64,000 nucleotides of DNA from contig CAVURK010000009.1 of NCBI GenBank assembly GCA_963743855.1, positions 257,956-321,955 of the forward strand, in the 5' to 3' direction. This document shows positions 59,459 through 64,000 of this stretch, piece by piece. Each line of letters begins with the position of its first letter. Position 1 is the stretch's first letter. The position numbers were made by a program, and so were the translations under genes. The notes below the pieces were generated by a model. That model saw only the letters and a list, made by a program, of their open reading frames with translations, was not told where the DNA came from and did no database searches. The DNA is from an uncultured Chloroflexia bacterium. GTDB taxonomy: Bacteria; Chloroflexota; Limnocylindria; Limnocylindrales; CSP1-4.

Positions 59459-60696
59459 CCATCGCGATCCGCTGCGGCAGCCTCATCGACGTCGAGGCCG
59501 GAAGCACTGCCGCCGACCGGATCATCCACGTCGACGATGCCGGCCGGGTCACAGGTATCGGCACCGGTTCGGATGGGGTCCCGGACGGGGCCGTTGTCGT
59601 CGACTTGTCGGGGCTGAGCGTCTTGCCCGGGCTGATCGACACGCACACCCACCTCGTCGGCGACATCCAGACAGCATTCGTCCCCTCGGTCACGACCTCG
59701 GCCGCGGAGGAAGTCCTGGTCGGAGTCCGCCATGCCCGGCAGACGCTCGAGGCTGGGTTCACGACCGTCCGCGACCTCGGGTCGTTCCGGGCCTTCACCG
59801 ACTGCGCCCTGCGCGACGCGATCGACCGCGGCGACGTCATCGGCCCGCGGATGCGCTGCGCGGGCGCCTTCATCACCGCGCCGTGGGGCGGCGGCGATGT
59901 CGTCGGACTGGCGCGGGACGTCACCCTGCCCGAGGACCTTCGGTTCGGTGTCGTCCGGTCGCCAGACGAGGTGCGCGAGCGGGTCCGTCGGCTCCTCATC
60001 GGCGGCGCGGACGTCATCAAGTGCATCGGGACCGGGGCAGTGCTGACTCGCGGTGGCGTCCCGGGCGCGCCGGAACTCTCCGCGGCCGAGCTCCGGGCGG
60101 CCGTCGAGGAAGCTGCCTGGTACGGCGCGTTCGTCGCCGTTCACGCCCATGCCGCCGAAGGAGCCAAACGGGCGATCCGGGCAGGCGTCCGATCCGTGGA
60201 GCACGGGTCATACCTCGACGCCGAGGCGATCGCGATGCTCGCCGACACCGGGACGTACTTCAGCGTCGACCTGTATGACGGGGAGTGGGCGCTCGAGCAC
60301 GGCGCCCTGGAGGGCTGGCCTGCCGAGACCATGCGCAAGCTCGAGGAGTCGCAGGTCGGCGCGGAGGCCGTCGTGCGTTCAGCGGTCGAACAGGGTGTCC
60401 GGATCGTCTTCGGGACGGACAGCGGCGTCTACCCGCATGGCTTGAACGCCCGCCAGTTCGCCTGGTATCTCCGCTGCGGGATGTCGCCGCTCGCGGCGAT
60501 CCGGAGCGCCACGGTCGTCGCGGCGGACTGCCTCGGCTGGGCCGATCAGGTCGGGACGCTCGCGCCCGGACGGTTCGCCGACCTGGTCGCGGTCGACGGT
60601 GACCCACTGTCGGATCCGACCATTCTCGAACGGCCCGTCGTCGTCGCGAAAGGCGGCTCCGTCGTCATCGAGCGACGCCGAGACCGCGCGGCATGA
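59455..60696 (+). CDS. Amidohydrolase-superfamily metallohydrolase
   Basis: GTGA overlap with the upstream gene. Contains PGLIDTHTHL, VAVHAHA, SVEHG and the FGTDSGV metal-ligand pattern. Confidence 0.85.
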   Translation: MTIAIRCGSLIDVEAGSTAADRIIHVDDAGRVTGIGTGSDGVPDGAVVVDLSGLSVLPGLIDTHTHLVGDIQTAFVPSVTTSAAEEVLVGVRHARQTLEAGFTTVRDLGSFRAFTDCALRDAIDRGDVIGPRMRCAGAFITAPWGGGDVVGLARDVTLPEDLRFGVVRSPDEVRERVRRLLIGGADVIKCIGTGAVLTRGGVPGAPELSAAELRAAVEEAAWYGAFVAVHAHAAEGAKRAIRAGVRSVEHGSYLDAEAIAMLADTGTYFSVDLYDGEWALEHGALEGWPAETMRKLEESQVGAEAVVRSAVEQGVRIVFGTDSGVYPHGLNARQFAWYLRCGMSPLAAIRSATVVAADCLGWADQVGTLAPGRFADLVAVDGDPLSDPTILERPVVVAKGGSVVIERRRDRAA

Positions 60697-62953
60697 CTGC
60701 CGAGGTCGGGCTCGGGGCCGACGCCGCCACCATCGACGGGCGAATCGTCGTCGACGGGTCGCCGGTCGCGTTCGAGGCGGGGGACTCGGTCGCCGTCGCG
60801 ATCCTCCGGGGCGGGAAGGTGCCGGGGCGCGGCGGGACGCTGTGCCTGGCCGGCGACTGCGGGAACTGCCTCGCCGAGGTCGATGGCATCTCCTACCTCA
60901 GGACGTGCCAGACCGCGGCCCGACCGGGGTTGCGAGTCGTGCGGCATCCCGCTGGCGCGAACCCGCCACTCCCAGTTGTGGCCGCCACGGACCTGACGGC
61001 GACGCCGCTCGCGACGACCGTGCCGCTGCACCACCTCGAGATCGATGTCGCGGTGATCGGCGGCGGTTCGAGCGGGCTGGCCGCGGCCGCCGAGGCAGAA
61101 CGGGCGGGCAAGCGCGTGCGCGTCCTGGATGCGCATGCGGGCGAGGAGGTCGTCGCCATCTACGCCGGCCCGATGATCGTGGTCCGAACCGCGCACGGCA
61201 TGCTCCACGTCCATCCACATGAGATCGTCATCGCCACGGGGGCGGCGGAGATCCACCCGGTCGTTCCAGGCAATCGACTGGCCGGGATCGTGACAGCACG
61301 AGCCGCCCAGAAGCTGCACGCGGCAGGTGTGGAACTCGGTCGGGTCGTCGCAGTCGGCACGGCCCCCGCCGGCGTCCCGGCGACCTCGGTCGGCGGACTG
61401 ACTCGTCCGCTTCGAAGGTGAGGACGGCCGGGTTCAGGCGGTCGTCACCGCGGATCCCGCGACGGGCGCCGAGACGACCACCTCAGCCGACACCGTCGCG
61501 GTCGGCCTCGGCCTGGCCCCGCGCGATCTCCTTGCCCGGATGGCCGGCGAGGTGCCCGTCACCGTGGTCGGCGACGCGGCCACCGAACAACCCCTTCCTC
61601 CTCCACCGACCGACGGCGTCGTCTGCGGCTGCATGGGCACGACCGTCGCCGATCTCGCCGACGCGTGGGACCGTGGCTTCACCGAGCTCGAGCTGCTCAA
61701 GCGAGCCAGCCAGGCCTGTCTCGGCACGTGCCAGGGCGGTGCCTGCCTGCCGCAGGTCCGCTCCTGGATCGCCGCACGGACCGGCGAGGTGCCCGCGCCG
61801 TTCACTGCCCGGCCCGCCTCGCGCCAGATCACGCTCGCCGAGGCCGCCGCCGACGGCTACGTCGACGCATTCCGTCGGACCCCGCTCCACGACGAGCATC
61901 TCGCGGCGGGCGCCCGGATGGACCGGTTCGGTGGCTGGTGGCGGCCGTGGCATTACGGCGATGCCGTGTCGGAATACTGGGCGGTCCGCGAGGGCGTCTC
62001 GATCGGCGACGTGTCGACGCTCGGCAAGCTGGTCGTCTCCGGGCCTGACGTCGTCGAGCTCCTGGAGCGCCTCTACCCGTGCCACGTGGCGGACATCAAG
62101 CCCGGGCGCTCGCGCTACGCGCTCCTCCTGAACGAGCGCGGCCACGTGATGGACGACGGCATGATCCTGCGCGAGAGCGAGACGCGGTTCGTCCTGTCGT
62201 TCACGTCCGGTGGCGCCGCGAATGCCGAGATGTGGCTGCGCGACTGGATCGAGGTCTGGGGCCTCCGCGTCCATGTCCTCGACCGGACGATGTCGCTCGC
62301 CGCGATCAACGTGACGGGGCCCCTGGCACGGAAGCTGATGATCCGAGCCGGCGTTGCCGAGCCGCCTCGGTTCCTCGGGCATCTCCACGCGGACGTCGCC
62401 GGCGTCCCGTGCCACGTCATGCGCCTGTCGTTCACGGGCGAGGCGGCCTTCGAGCTCCACCACCCGGTCGATCGCTCGGTCGAGCTATGGCGCGCGCTCC
62501 TCCACCTCGGCGCCGACCTCGGGATCCGGCCGCACGGCCTCCAGGCCCTGTTCGGGTGTCGGCTCGAGAAGGGCCACGTCATCATCGGGATGGATACCGA
62601 GCTCGACACGACGCCGCGCCGTCTCGGGATGGACTGGGCGGTGCGGATGGAGAAGCCGCGCTTCATCGGCCGCGGCGTCGCTCGAACGGACGGCGAAGCT
62701 GCCCGATGAGCGACGCTGGCTCGGCTTCTCGATGGACGGTCAGGCGCCAGCCGAGGGAACGCCGATCTGGAGCGGCGGCGACGTGGTCGGCAACGTGACG
62801 GGGAGCTGGACCTCCCCGCTGCTCGGGAAGGCGCTGATGCTCGGCTGGCTGCGGCGGACGCCGTTCCCGGAACGGGTCGAGATCGATGGTCGCGAGGCGG
62901 TCGTCACGCCGACGCCGTTCTACGACCCGGAGGGCCTCCGTGCCCGCGCTTGA
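60693..62953 (+). pseudogene. soxA: Sarcosine-oxidase-alpha-like subunit with a Cys-containing N-terminal 2Fe-2S-type domain, two +1 frameshifts (~61401, ~62677)
   Basis: ATGA overlap with the upstream gene. Contains CLAGDCGNCLAEVDG...C, VAVIGGGSSGLAAA, the BFD-like CGCMGTT...CLGTCQGGAC, and a GcvT domain (HLAAGARMDRFGGWWRPWHY...GDVSTLGK...LRLEKGH). The segments lie in three successive frames. Confidence 0.85.
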
Positions 62954-63314
62954 GCCGTTGCATGGACTGCGGGTCGTCGCCGATCCGGCGGCGCTCGACG
63001 CCGCGCGCTGGGGCGGCACCGACGTGACCGTGCTCCGCCTCGCGCCCGATGACGCGTTCGCGATCGGGGCCGATGGTGTCGACGTCGACGACGCCGACGC
63101 GATCGTCGAATCGGAGGTCGGCTTCTCGGGCGGCTGGGTCGCCATCGAGGAGGTCGCTCATCACGTCGAGTGGTCGATCCCCGTCGAGCGCCCGGTCCTC
63201 GCCCAGGGATCGATCGCGAGCGTGCCCGCCAAGCTCTGGCTCCCCGACGATCGCGAGGCACTCCTCCTCACCGCCACCGCGTACGCGGACGAGCTCGCGA
63301 GTCGCCTCCGATGA
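62940..63314 (+). CDS. soxG: Sarcosine-oxidase-gamma-like small subunit
   Basis: It sits between the soxA-like and soxB genes, and the GTG start overlaps the end of soxA. The sequence VLRLAPDDAFAIG...AQGSIASVPAKLW is consistent with the SoxG family. The start (62940 or TTG 62958) is uncertain. Confidence 0.6.
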   Translation: MPALEPLHGLRVVADPAALDAARWGGTDVTVLRLAPDDAFAIGADGVDVDDADAIVESEVGFSGGWVAIEEVAHHVEWSIPVERPVLAQGSIASVPAKLWLPDDREALLLTATAYADELASRLR

Positions 63315-64000
63315 GCGCATACACCGACACGCTCCCCGAGATCCGCTGGCCCGACGCGCCGAAACGGAGCTACGACGTCGTGATCATCGGCGGCGGCGGG
63401 CACGGGCTCTCGACCGCGTACTACCTGGCGACCCGCCACGGGATCACCAACGTGGCCGTCCTCGAGGCCGACTACATCGCGTCGGGCAACACCGGCCGGA
63501 ACACGACGATCATCCGTGCCAACTACGGCATCCCGGAGGCGATCCGCTTCTACCAGCACTCCCTCGAGCTGTACCAGGGTCTCGAGGCGGAGACCGGCGC
63601 CGAGATCCTCCACCAGACCAAGGGCATCTTCTGGATCGCCCATACCGAGATGGCGATGCGCACTGAACGCGCGCGCTGCCTGATGAACACGGCCTGCGGC
63701 GCGAAGACGTTCATGGTCACCCCCGCCGAGCTCAAGGAGATGGTCCCGCAGGTCGACCTCACCGGTGGCGGCCGGTATCCGGTGCTCGGTGCCTCGCACC
63801 ATGTCGAGGGTGCGACGGCCCGGCACGACCGGGTCGCGTGGGCGTTCGCATCGGGCGCCGCCGCGCGCGGCGTCGACATCGTCCAGCACACGCCGGTGAC
63901 CGGCCTCCTTCGCGACGGCGAGCGCGTGGTCGGCGTCGAGACCGCCGGCGGCCCGATCGCCGCGGGTGTCGTCCTGTCTGCGGTCGGTGGCAGGGTGACC
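63311..64000 (+). CDS. soxB: Sarcosine oxidase beta subunit (FAD-dependent), 3' end beyond the window
   Basis: Absent from the ORF track because no stop lies in the window. ATGA overlap with soxG. Translation gives MSAYTDTLPE...YDVVIIGGGGHGLSTAYYLATRHGITNVAVLE...SGNTGRNTTIIRANY. Confidence 0.9.
   Translation, partial: MSAYTDTLPEIRWPDAPKRSYDVVIIGGGGHGLSTAYYLATRHGITNVAVLEADYIASGNTGRNTTIIRANYGIPEAIRFYQHSLELYQGLEAETGAEILHQTKGIFWIAHTEMAMRTERARCLMNTACGAKTFMVTPAELKEMVPQVDLTGGGRYPVLGASHHVEGATARHDRVAWAFASGAAARGVDIVQHTPVTGLLRDGERVVGVETAGGPIAAGVVLSAVGGRVT

Overview
This is a high-GC (roughly 70%), actinobacterium-like chromosomal segment with about 60 protein-coding genes. Many genes are translationally coupled through ATGA or GTGA start/stop overlaps. 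I found no rRNA, tRNA, CRISPR array, transposase or integrase by eye.

Layout:
- 0-13 kb, mixed housekeeping: tandem HtrA-like proteases, an HxlR regulator, a Nudix hydrolase, an aldehyde dehydrogenase, a ROK polyphosphate glucokinase, an SDR, an ankyrin protein, a glutamine-synthetase-like ligase divergent from an APC permease, and fumarase.
- 13-22.5 kb: a phenylacetate (paa) catabolic cluster with a TetR/PaaR-like regulator. paaE, paaK and paaZ are absent.
- 22.5-26 kb: a secreted S53/S8 peptidase plus an ECF sigma/anti-sigma pair. This block looks compositionally atypical.
- 26-28 kb: ErpA, a Lon-N-domain protein and an extradiol dioxygenase.
- 28-35 kb: a LacI-controlled alpha-glucoside locus (GH13 enzyme plus a CUT1 ABC importer with no ATPase gene).
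- 35-37 kb: a molybdoenzyme, a GT2 glycosyltransferase and a flippase-like membrane protein.
- 37-64 kb, the most interesting part: an N-methylamine/betaine catabolic island. It holds two pyrrolysine-free MttB-family proteins, two TMADH/DgcA/StcD-type flavoproteins, a DMGDH-type enzyme, an atypical SoxA-G-B oxidase, an amidohydrolase, an enolase-superfamily enzyme, an aldehyde dehydrogenase and an Opp/Dpp-type ABC importer. I see no corrinoid protein and no Rieske oxygenase.

Caveat on sequence quality: about 29 single-nucleotide frameshifts, mostly +1 insertions, interrupt otherwise well-conserved genes. Many true genes are therefore split across frames in the ORF track. I list those genes as pseudogenes 'as sequenced', but I suspect consensus/assembly indels.
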